DNA of 64,000 bases from an uncultured delta proteobacterium (GTDB taxonomy: Bacteria > Desulfobacterota > RBG-13-43-22), in contig CAWJJC010000012.1 in the NCBI GenBank assembly GCA_963843145.1, positions 160,001-224,000 on the forward strand. Reading direction: 5' to 3'. The notes beneath the pieces are model-generated. The model was given only the letters and a program-made list of their open reading frames with translations, made no database searches and was not told where the DNA came from. How positions within the stretch are numbered: the first letter of the stretch is position 1; each line of letters starts with the position of its first letter. Made by a program: the position numbers and the translations under genes. Shown in pieces: positions 56,007 through 64,000 of the stretch.

Positions 56007-57734
56007 CTATTCGGATTCCCTGGGTCCTTTGGCCAAGGTTCGGAGCCGTTTGCCGGAATGTTTTTTAGGGGATGGCGTTTTAAGGGACCGATCGGCTCGG
56101 ACCAGGGATCTGCGTTGGGAGCCTTTGATCTTTTTCCCGGTTTCCGGTTTGCTTTTTTCTTCTCCGTTTTCTTTGGACACAAAAAGATTCAAGGTCCGTC
56201 CGGCGTGCATTCTTTTGCTTTCCTGAGGATTCCATTTTCTGATCTGATCGACGGTGATCTCATAGCTGTGGGCGATGGAAACCAAGGTGTCTCCCTTTTT
56301 GACCCGGTAGCGAAGGGGTTGCCGACCGGCGGACTGATTTTTGTTCTCCACCCGGTTTGAACGTTTAGCCGTTTTGGAATTCGCCGATCGCTTGGCTTTT
56401 AAAGACGATCCGCTTCCGATATCTTTATCTAAGTCTCCCTCGGGGATTTCCTCGGCCAACCCCTTCCGGGGGATCAGCAGGAGGGTCCCGGCGGCGGGAT
56501 AGGCGGTCAATTTAACCCGATTCACCCTGGCGATGGTAGCGGCTTTGACCCCGTATTTTCGGGCAATGGTGGAGAATCGTTCTCCCTTCTTGACCTTGTG
56601 GTGGGCGTAGACGGCCCGAGGTTTGGGTTTGGTCAACTGGGCGTAATTATCCATCAGGCGTTCCTTGGACCCGCGGGGGATGCGCAACCGGTATTCGGAT
56701 TCACCCGGGGGGGTGATCCATCGTTTTAATTCCGGATTTAAGTCCACCAATTGGCTGACTTCCACCCCGGCGGCGGCGGCCACATCTTTTAATTCTATGG
56801 CCGCGGGGAGGGTCACCTCCTCATAAGACAACGGAGGCTGATAAGAGACGTCGTGAAAACCGTATTTTTCCGGCTCCTTGGCAATCAGGGCGGCCGCGAT
56901 CATTTTGGGCACGTACTGCTTCGTCTCGTCCTTGATGTAATTGCAATGCTCGGCGGTGATATCCCAATAAGTCTGGGCATCATACATGGCCAGGGCCTTG
57001 GTGATCTTCCCTTCCCCGGCATTGTAACCGGCGGCGGCCAAATACCAGGAACCGAATCGTTTGAATAAATCGGACAAATGCCTGGCGGCGGCCTGCGTGG
57101 ATTTAAGCGGGTCTTTTCGTTCATCCACCCAGGAATTGACTTTAAGTCCGTACCGTTGACCGGTTTCCCGGATGAATTGCCACATGCCCGCGGCCTGAGC
57201 CCGGGAATAAGCTTTGTTGCTGAAGCCGCTTTCGATCATGGCCAGATAGATTAGATCTTCCGGAAGGCCCTGTTCGTTCAATATTTTCTTGATCAAGGGG
57301 ACATAACGGCCGGATCGGGAAAGCCAGAGCGAAAATCGTTTCGGTATCTTGGTCTGGAAGTAGTCCAGGAAATATTCCACCTGATCATTAATGACGAGGG
57401 GAATATCATTGGAAACTTCGGATTCCAAAGCGAGGCCTTTTTGCAGTTCTTTCCACTCTAAAATGACCTTTTTTCGGATTTCCTCCTGAGAGGGCCGGAT
57501 CACCGGAGGGATTTCATTCACCGGTTCATCCAATAAGGCTTCTTCCAGGGCGGGGTCATTTTCGGGCCCGGCGAGCGCCGGGGAGGGCTTGAGGGTTTCC
57601 AACGGTTCGGTTAAAATAGAGGGAGAGCCAACACGGGCGGGTACGGAAGCGGCCGAAAGATAGGCCTCCGGGAACAGGAGCAAGGCAAAAAAAACAACCC
57701 ACGAGAAACAGCCGATCCTTGGCCATTGATTCAT
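56007..57734 (-). CDS. mltD: Lytic transglycosylase with LysM domains (MltD-like)
   Basis: LAMIESGF, AAGMWQF, AAGYNAG, ETKQYVPK and LysM repeats (VKKG..). Confidence 0.9.
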   Translation of the reverse strand: MNQWPRIGCFSWVVFFALLLFPEAYLSAASVPARVGSPSILTEPLETLKPSPALAGPENDPALEEALLDEPVNEIPPVIRPSQEEIRKKVILEWKELQKGLALESEVSNDIPLVINDQVEYFLDYFQTKIPKRFSLWLSRSGRYVPLIKKILNEQGLPEDLIYLAMIESGFSNKAYSRAQAAGMWQFIRETGQRYGLKVNSWVDERKDPLKSTQAAARHLSDLFKRFGSWYLAAAGYNAGEGKITKALAMYDAQTYWDITAEHCNYIKDETKQYVPKMIAAALIAKEPEKYGFHDVSYQPPLSYEEVTLPAAIELKDVAAAAGVEVSQLVDLNPELKRWITPPGESEYRLRIPRGSKERLMDNYAQLTKPKPRAVYAHHKVKKGERFSTIARKYGVKAATIARVNRVKLTAYPAAGTLLLIPRKGLAEEIPEGDLDKDIGSGSSLKAKRSANSKTAKRSNRVENKNQSAGRQPLRYRVKKGDTLVSIAHSYEITVDQIRKWNPQESKRMHAGRTLNLFVSKENGEEKSKPETGKKIKGSQRRSLVRADRSLKTPSPKKHSGKRLRTLAKGPRESE

Positions 57735-57844
57735 TCGTCCATCCTTTGCCGTTTTGGTATGAATTCGGTTAACCTGTATTTCAGCGGATTAAAGGATAAA
57801 ATTATCTTTTGATTATCACGTCTTGAAAAAAATTACAACCCCTA

Positions 57845-57927
57845 AAAAATTTTAGGAGCCTTTCCGGTTAATAATTGCTGGAACACCCGGAGTGATGGTT
57901 AAAACCGGGAAGGCTCCTAAAATTTTT
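57845..57927. repeat. 25-bp inverted repeat with 33-bp spacer
   Basis: AAAAATTTTAGGAGCCTTTCCGGTT ... AACCGGGAAGGCTCCTAAAATTTTT; one mismatch, which is G-U compatible. Confidence 0.8.
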
Positions 57928-57956
57928 AAAAACGGCCGGGGAGGGAAAAGGGATGG

Positions 57957-58271
57957 CTAGAATTTTACGCCGGTGACCAGATTCTCTTTCTGCAGGGCGT
58001 CAAAATTTTTTAAATCCCATATGGCTTGTCCGATATGGGTGAGATGCTCCGCCAGTTCTCCAGCGGCCTCTTCCAGGCCGGGCAGGGCGCGGATTTGTCG
58101 GACCAGGTTCTCACCCCTGGCCAGCGGGGACTTGATTCGTTCAGTGGAGACCTCCTCTCCTTTCTTGAATTGTTCCTGGGTTTGTCGCAATTGATTCATG
58201 ACATCCAGGATTTCATTTTTTACCGCGATTAATGGGCTAAGCTGTTCTTCGGTGTATTCCGGTTCATTCAT
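57957..58271 (-). CDS. Hypothetical helical protein
   Basis: ATG 58271 after GAGGGGGAG; amphipathic helical pattern; no family recognised. Confidence 0.55.
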   Translation of the reverse strand: MNEPEYTEEQLSPLIAVKNEILDVMNQLRQTQEQFKKGEEVSTERIKSPLARGENLVRQIRALPGLEEAAGELAEHLTHIGQAIWDLKNFDALQKENLVTGVKF

Positions 58272-58518
58272 CCAAGTGCTCCCCCTCTTGAAGCCCGGCA
58301 TACGGGGACTAGGGGATCACCTGCGGTCCGGGCCAAATGGGCTGAATGTATTGGCTACCTTCCCGTTGGTCAAGGTTTTTTGGTTGCGAATATGCATGAA
58401 ACAGTAATAATTTCGAGGCGTTATTATCAAGGGCCGACGGGCTGAAAATAGAAAGCAAATAAAAAAGCCGAAAATCTGCCTTTTCCGACAGACTTCGGCT
58501 TTATTTGATGAGATCAGG

Positions 58519-58839
58519 CTAACAACTACAAGAAGTACCGCAGGTTCCTCCGCCGCCCAAGCTGGCATCCGAAGTAACCATAAATCCTGAACGTCCCCAT
58601 TGGTCTACAAAATCCACTTTTATTTCTTTGGCCTGCTCCTCCAAACTCTTATCGACTACATAGGTCAGGCCGTTAATTTCAAATACGTTATCCGTCTCTT
58701 TAGACTCATCCAGAGCCAAGGCCAATGAAGGCCCTGATCAGCCACCTTGACTTAAAAAAATACGGATGGGCGAGTTTACATTTTGTTTGGAAAAATAATC
58801 TTTAAATGCGCTTTGAGCCTGTTCGGTTACCGTTAACAT
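58519..58839 (-). CDS. IscA/HesB-like selenoprotein (Sec34)
   Basis: MLTVTEQA...PIRIFLSQGG-TGA(58740-58738)-SGPSLALALDE is in frame with ORF 58519-58725. GGUxGP motif, hairpin GGCTC-TGGAT-GAGTC downstream and C-terminal CGTSCSC. Confidence 0.9.
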
Positions 58840-58932
58840 AATTAACCCCTCTTTTCTCAATGATATTTCGTTTTGTTTATACTACTTAAACGATTTTCTT
58901 TAATAAGAAATTAGTCACCAGAGCACTCTTTG

Positions 58933-59832
58933 TCAAGAACTGGAAGCGATTTGTTTTAAAATCGGCTCCAAACTGATTCGGTGGTCATTAAGCCCCAATA
59001 GGTTTCTATCCAGGCCGAAGGCCAGTCCGATAAGCTGGGAGATATGGAAAGCGGGGAGATTAAACCCGTCGTGATACTTACGTTCCAACATCATTTGCCC
59101 CCGATCAAACTGGGAAAAACAGGAGGGGCAGCCCACGGCGATGGCCTGGATATGATGCTTTCTCATGTGGCTGAGTTTTTCCCGGGTAATTTCATTGGCC
59201 GCTTCCTGATCAATATTGGTCCCTAAGGCCGATCCGCAGCAGAGGAATTTTCGGGAATATTCTACCGGTTCGGCGTCTAACAAAGACAGGATCTGGTCCA
59301 TGCTTTTGGGTACATAACTATCGGCTTCTGATAAATTTTCCGGGTACATCAGCCGGGGCGGGCGGTAGAGGTGACAGCCGTAATGGCAGCCGATCCGGAT
59401 CCGACTCAACGAGTGAACGGCCCGCTCGCCCAGTCGAGCCAGGCCCAGGTCGTCAACCAGGACGTCCAGGAGGTGCTTGACTTTAATGGTTCCTTGATAG
59501 CTATGACCGAATTCCTGCAGCAGGCCGTTGACCTGGTTTTTTCGCTGGGGATCCTTTTTTAAGGCCAGGTTGGCCTCCTTCAAGGTATTCACGCAACCGT
59601 TGCAGATGGAGACGATGTTGACTCCGGCCTCTTCGGCCAGACAGAGATTTCGGGCCGCTAAGGCCAGCCAACTGTCGAAGTGGACCAGTTTCAGTTGGGT
59701 CGGAGCCGGGCAGCAGGAAAAAGGCAGGTCCAGCAGTTCCACGTCCAAGGCCTTGAACACCTCGCGGGTGGCCTTCTCAAAGCCCGGATACTTCACCGGG
59801 ATCACACAGCCTAAAAAGAGTGCATATTTCAT
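58933..59832 (-). CDS. hdrB: Heterodisulfide reductase subunit B-like
   Basis: FLGC, SCCP, CNGC, HYGCH, LCCG and CPSC..QFD. Confidence 0.92.
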   Translation of the reverse strand: MKYALFLGCVIPVKYPGFEKATREVFKALDVELLDLPFSCCPAPTQLKLVHFDSWLALAARNLCLAEEAGVNIVSICNGCVNTLKEANLALKKDPQRKNQVNGLLQEFGHSYQGTIKVKHLLDVLVDDLGLARLGERAVHSLSRIRIGCHYGCHLYRPPRLMYPENLSEADSYVPKSMDQILSLLDAEPVEYSRKFLCCGSALGTNIDQEAANEITREKLSHMRKHHIQAIAVGCPSCFSQFDRGQMMLERKYHDGFNLPAFHISQLIGLAFGLDRNLLGLNDHRISLEPILKQIASSS

Positions 59833-59833
59833 C

Positions 59834-60319
59834 TTAACTCAGTTCGATGACCTCGTTTAATCCGGTTTTTCTGAGAAGGCCCTCAATTTCGTCCACCGCC
59901 AGAGGACCCAGGGGGGGCAGGGCCAGCCTCTTCCGGTCGCGATGAACCTTGTCCGATATCACCAGGGTCCGGCCGGTCTTGGCCACCAGATCCACGCCAA
60001 ATTTAATTTTTTCGGGCAGATTCCCCCGTTGAGCGGCCAGGTTACAAATGGCCGTCAGCAGATCGGAGATATGAATTTCCTGGGGACAGCGGTCTTCGCA
60101 AACCTGGCAGGTAGTACAGTACCAGACGCGTTCATCGTTGATCACCGCCTCCTGACCCAGATTCAAGCAGCGCAACAGGGTCTCCCGGGGGCCATAGGAA
60201 TGGTCCAGGACCATGGCCGCAGGACAGCTCCCGGTACACCGGGCGCACTGATAGCATTCAAAGAGGTCTTCCTTGTTAAACATTTCCCAGATGCTATTGA
60301 TCACCTTTTGTTCCCTCAC
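59834..60319 (-). CDS. hdrC: Heterodisulfide reductase subunit C-like
   Basis: CYQCARCTGSCP and WYCTTCQVCEDRCP. Confidence 0.92.
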   Translation of the reverse strand: MREQKVINSIWEMFNKEDLFECYQCARCTGSCPAAMVLDHSYGPRETLLRCLNLGQEAVINDERVWYCTTCQVCEDRCPQEIHISDLLTAICNLAAQRGNLPEKIKFGVDLVAKTGRTLVISDKVHRDRKRLALPPLGPLAVDEIEGLLRKTGLNEVIELS

Positions 60320-62753
60320 TCGTCTTTTTCTCTTTTTTTTCGGGGATCAGAACGGCCTTGGTTTTTTCAATTTCCTCCCGGGTGACCGTCCCGATAATTT
60401 CGTCCATTTCTTTGATCTTTTTGGAAAACTGAATGCCTTCGGCCGCGCTGATCCAGGCCAGTTGGAGACGGTTCTGGTCCAGGCCCAGGCGCTCCATTTT
60501 TTTCCAGACCTTCTTCACCCGCTTTTCGGTCTGCTGGTTGGCATTGATATAGTGGCAGTCCCCGATATGGCATCCGGAAACCAGAACGGCGGCCGCACCC
60601 CGGCGAAAGGCGGTTTCAATAAAACGGGTGCTGATGCGACCGGAACACATGGTGCGGATGATGCGCACCGACGGTGGATACTGCATGCGGCTGACGCCGG
60701 CAAAATCGGCGCCGGCGTAGGAGCACCAGTTACAGCAGAAGGCCACCGCCTTTTTCTCCGGATCTTCTTCGGTGATGGCCTCGATTTGGGCCAGGATTTG
60801 CGCATCGGTAAAATGCCGCTGGCTGAGCGCCCCGAAAGGACACTCGGCCACGCAGGTCCCGCAGCCGGCGCAGGAGGCCTGGGTGACGGCCACGATTTTG
60901 GTTTCCGGGTCCTGGCGGATGGCGGAATAAGGGCAGACCTTGACGCACATCCCGCAGCCCTGGCACAGATCCTCATCGACCTGGGCGGTAATGGCCTCCA
61001 CCATGACCTTGCCCTGGGACATGAGAATGTTGGCCCGGGAAGCGGCGGCACAAGCCTGGGTGACGGAATCCTTGATGTCCTTGGGGCCTTCGGCGCAACC
61101 GGCCAAAAAGATGCCGCCGGTGGGCGTGTCCACCGGCCGCAACTTGGGATGGGCCTCCAGAAAAAAACCGTCCGAACCGGTAGACAGATTCAAAAGCCGC
61201 TGGATAACCGGGCTGTCCTTGCGCGGTTCGATCCCTACGGAAAGTATAGCTAGGTCCGCTTCATAGCGGTAGAGCTGGGAAAGAAGGGTGTTCTCCCCGA
61301 TGAGCGTCAGGTTATGAGATTCGGGGTCCTCGATGATTTCCCCGGGGACCCCCCGAATGAAGGAGATCCCCTCCCGGCGCGCCCGCTGAAATAAATCCTC
61401 AAAGCCTTTGCCGAAGGCCCGAATATCAATATAAAAAACGACGACCTTGGTTTCGGGCCAGTGTTCCTTGATCAGCAGGGCGTCCTTAATGGTGTTCATG
61501 CAACAGATATTGCTGCAGTAGATATTGGAACGCTTGGAGCGGGAACCGATGCATTGCAGGAAGGCCACCGTCTTGGGGATCCGCCGGTCGGAGGGACGGA
61601 TGAGATTACCCCCGGAGGGACCCCCGGCGTTGATCAGCCGTTCGAACTCCAGGCTGGTGATGACATTGGGGAACTTCCGGTAACCGAATTCGGTCAGGGA
61701 AGTGGGGTCGTACACGTCCACGCCGGTGGCGACGATGATGGTGCCCACCTCCAGGTGCAGGATGCGGTCTTTATCGGCATAGTCGATGCACCGCTTTTGA
61801 CAAGCCTGGGAACAACGGTCACAGGCCACGATGCCGTGTTTGTTCAGGCAGAGGTCCATGTCGATCAGGAAGGTGGAAGGGACGGCCTGGGCAAAGGAGC
61901 GGTAGACGGCCCGACGCATGGACAGACCGGCATTGAACTCATCCGGAGCCACCTGGGGGCAGACCTGGGTGCAATCCCCGCAGGAAGTACAGGCATCCTT
62001 CACATAACGGGCCTTCCGCCGGATCTGGACTTGAAAATTGCCCACATAGCCGTCCACCTGTTCCACGTCGCTTAAGGTCAATAATTCGATATTGGGGTGG
62101 CGGCCGACCTCCGACATCTTGGGGGCCAAAATACAGATGGAGCAGTCCATGGTGGGGAAGGTCTTGTCGATCTGGGCCATGCGCCCGCCGATGCTGGATT
62201 CCTTTTCCACCAGATACACCTGATAACCGCTGTTGGCCAAATCCAGGGCCGCCTGGATCCCGGCCACTCCACCCCCGATCACCAGGGCCTTGCGGTGCAC
62301 CGCTACTTCCAGTTCCTGCTGGGGGGCCAGGAGCCGGGCTCGGGCCACCGCCATTTTGACCAAATCCTGCGCTTTGAGGGTCGCCCCTTCCTTGTCGTGG
62401 AGATGTACCCAGGAGCAATGTTCCCGGATATTGGCCATTTCAAACAGGTAGGGATTCAAGCCGGCGTCCTGGCAGGCGGTTCGAAAGGTGGGTTCATGGA
62501 GGCGCGGCGTGCAAGAGGCCACCACCACCCGGTTGAGCCGCTGTTCGCGGATATCCTGCTTGATTTCTTCCTGGCCCGGATCGGAGCAGGTGTATAAATT
62601 ACTCTTGGAGAGAACCACGCCGGGCAGGGCGGCCGCGTATTCAGCCACCCGAGCACAGTCCACCACGGCGCCGATATTCAGGCCGCATTGGCAGACGTAC
62701 ACCCCGACCCGCGGTTCTTCCTTGTCTTTTCTGTGAACTTTCTTGGCGGCCAA
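60294..62753 (-). CDS. hdrA: HdrA fused to a C-terminal MvhD domain (Cys-type)
   Basis: VYVCQCG.NI, IGGGVAG, KTFPTMDCSIC, QCIGSR and EAHPKLRPV; C-terminal FCCNWCSYAGAD..MCSGR..GCHIGDCHY is an MvhD domain. Confidence 0.93.
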   Translation of the reverse strand: MAAKKVHRKDKEEPRVGVYVCQCGLNIGAVVDCARVAEYAAALPGVVLSKSNLYTCSDPGQEEIKQDIREQRLNRVVVASCTPRLHEPTFRTACQDAGLNPYLFEMANIREHCSWVHLHDKEGATLKAQDLVKMAVARARLLAPQQELEVAVHRKALVIGGGVAGIQAALDLANSGYQVYLVEKESSIGGRMAQIDKTFPTMDCSICILAPKMSEVGRHPNIELLTLSDVEQVDGYVGNFQVQIRRKARYVKDACTSCGDCTQVCPQVAPDEFNAGLSMRRAVYRSFAQAVPSTFLIDMDLCLNKHGIVACDRCSQACQKRCIDYADKDRILHLEVGTIIVATGVDVYDPTSLTEFGYRKFPNVITSLEFERLINAGGPSGGNLIRPSDRRIPKTVAFLQCIGSRSKRSNIYCSNICCMNTIKDALLIKEHWPETKVVVFYIDIRAFGKGFEDLFQRARREGISFIRGVPGEIIEDPESHNLTLIGENTLLSQLYRYEADLAILSVGIEPRKDSPVIQRLLNLSTGSDGFFLEAHPKLRPVDTPTGGIFLAGCAEGPKDIKDSVTQACAAASRANILMSQGKVMVEAITAQVDEDLCQGCGMCVKVCPYSAIRQDPETKIVAVTQASCAGCGTCVAECPFGALSQRHFTDAQILAQIEAITEEDPEKKAVAFCCNWCSYAGADFAGVSRMQYPPSVRIIRTMCSGRISTRFIETAFRRGAAAVLVSGCHIGDCHYINANQQTEKRVKKVWKKMERLGLDQNRLQLAWISAAEGIQFSKKIKEMDEIIGTVTREEIEKTKAVLIPEKKEKKTSEGTKGDQ

Positions 62754-62783
62754 CCCGGTAACTCCTTTAATAAAGCCTTGGTA

Positions 62784-63365
62784 TTAGCTGACTGGCGACT
62801 GATCGCCGCCGGCTGCAGTCAATTGTTTTCCGTAGGCATACCCTTTTTCGAAGGCCTTGAGGTTCAATTCCTCGGTTCCCCGGGGGATGGAATCGAAAAG
62901 GGCCTGTTTCATGGCCTCGTAGCCGACCACCTCGGTCACGGAGGTGATAAACCCCAGCATGACGATATTGGCCACGATCTTCCGCCCCAGTTTTTCGGCA
63001 AACCGGGTGGCGGGGATTTTGAACAAGCGGGAGCCCTCCGGGGCCGAATCCAACTGGACCAGATCCTCATCGATCAGGACCGTGGAATGACCCGATAACC
63101 CGCTTCCGTAGGTATTTTTGGCCTCTTCGGACATGAGGACCAGAATCTCCGGGTGGGTCACCCGGGGATAATGAATCTCCCCCCGGGAGAGGACCACATC
63201 GGCGCTGCAGGCGCCTCCCCGGGCCTCCGGGCCGTAACTCTGGGTAAAAACCGCATTGAGGTGCTCGAACAAGGCGGCGGCCTTGCCCAGGACCTGGCCG
63301 GCCAGGACGATCCCCTGGCCGCCGAAGCCCGCCAGTCGGATTTCTGTTTTTGTATCGGTACTCAT
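62784..63365 (-). CDS. 2-oxoacid:ferredoxin oxidoreductase gamma subunit
   Basis: AGFGGQG, QSYGPEARGG, ANIVMLG and NLKAFEKG. Confidence 0.92.
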   Translation of the reverse strand: MSTDTKTEIRLAGFGGQGIVLAGQVLGKAAALFEHLNAVFTQSYGPEARGGACSADVVLSRGEIHYPRVTHPEILVLMSEEAKNTYGSGLSGHSTVLIDEDLVQLDSAPEGSRLFKIPATRFAEKLGRKIVANIVMLGFITSVTEVVGYEAMKQALFDSIPRGTEELNLKAFEKGYAYGKQLTAAGGDQSPVS

Positions 63366-63421
63366 TGGAATAAGTCGCCCGTAGTTAGGATCTAACCATC
63401 CGAAATTCGGCTTTCTCTGTG

Positions 63422-63450
63422 CTAACCAAAAGTCAACTATTTTTGGTTAG
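63422..63450. repeat. Variant short hairpin module of the dispersed element
   Basis: CTAACCAAAA-GTCAACTAT-TTTTGGTTAG; contains the TAA stop of the beta subunit gene. Confidence 0.6.
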
Positions 63451-64000
63451 TTTTCCCGTTTAAATTTGCTTAAAATATTTTCCTGATAGAGTTCGTCGAA
63501 GGTCGGCCGGCTTTGATCAATAAATTTTCCGACGATGATTTTTCCCTTCAGGCTAATGTCCGCTTCACGGGGGTCCGTGTCGTTTTGAACCAGGCTGTTC
63601 TCCCGATAAAACTTCATCTCGTCCAGGCCGCTGCCCAGTTTGTTCGGTCGCCCGTACCCGATGGGGCAGGGGGAGATGACTTCAATGAAGGTAAACCCCT
63701 TTTTGGTCAGGCTTTCCGCGATGGCGGTGACCAGATGCCGGGCATGAAAGGTGGTCCAGCGGGCCACGTATACCGCCCCGCTGGCATAAGCCAGAAAGGG
63801 CAGGTTGAAGGAATGCTCGAAATTGCCGTAGGGGGTGGTGGTGGTCCGGGCCGTCACCGGGGTCGTGGGGGCCGCCTGGCCGCCGGTCATGCCGTAATTG
63901 AAATTGTTGACGCAGATGATCTTCAGATTGATGTTTCGCCGGGCGGCATGAATGAAGTGATTGCCGCCGATGGCGAAGAGGTCCCCGTCACCGCTGAAGA
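63447..64000 (-). CDS. 2-oxoacid:ferredoxin oxidoreductase beta subunit (5'-truncated by window edge)
   Basis: Frame is open to the edge: FSGDGDLFAIGGNHFIHAARRN..NNFNYGMTGGQ..PTT (TPP motif) and EVISPCP. Confidence 0.93.
   Translation of the reverse strand, partial: FSGDGDLFAIGGNHFIHAARRNINLKIICVNNFNYGMTGGQAAPTTPVTARTTTTPYGNFEHSFNLPFLAYASGAVYVARWTTFHARHLVTAIAESLTKKGFTFIEVISPCPIGYGRPNKLGSGLDEMKFYRENSLVQNDTDPREADISLKGKIIVGKFIDQSRPTFDELYQENILSKFKREN

Noticed and set aside
60273-61253. 326-aa plus-strand ORF
   Set aside because: Antisense shadow of hdrA-mvhD with no motifs or RBS; typical of GC-rich coding DNA.

Overview
GC-rich, mostly minus-strand chromosomal segment from a strictly anaerobic bacterium. 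The gene content points to a deltaproteobacterium (Desulfobacterota/Syntrophales-like); this is an inference. The centrepiece (8.4-22.6 kb) is a complete tungsten-type class II benzoyl-CoA reductase operon (bamBCDEFGHI), in which BamE and BamF each carry an in-frame UGA selenocysteine codon. A DUF2080/AbrB-like gene and a GNAT gene precede it. Class I (bzd-type) ATP-dependent activase genes (bzdP/bzdQ-like) and a ferredoxin follow directly, and only a 26-codon scar of the class I catalytic subunit remains between the two modules. The window also holds CoA-ester metabolism genes (CoA-transferase beta, thioesterase, Cys-less thiolase plus DUF35, FadR-like TetR-etfB-etfA with a 1-nt frameshift), hypC/D/E, the housekeeping block priA-def-fmt-rsmB-rpe and two MoxR/VWA pairs. 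Further right are a glycosyltransferase cassette converging on a 4-repeat secreted protein, SOD, a NosL-NosL-permease-TlpA module without nosZ, MltD, a HesB-like selenoprotein, and a 2-oxoacid:ferredoxin oxidoreductase-hdrA/mvhD-hdrC-hdrB cluster running off the right edge. Several families of small palindromic intergenic elements are dispersed through the window, one with compensatory base changes. I saw no rRNA, tRNA, CRISPR array, transposase or phage gene. All calls rest on motif recognition by eye, without database searches.
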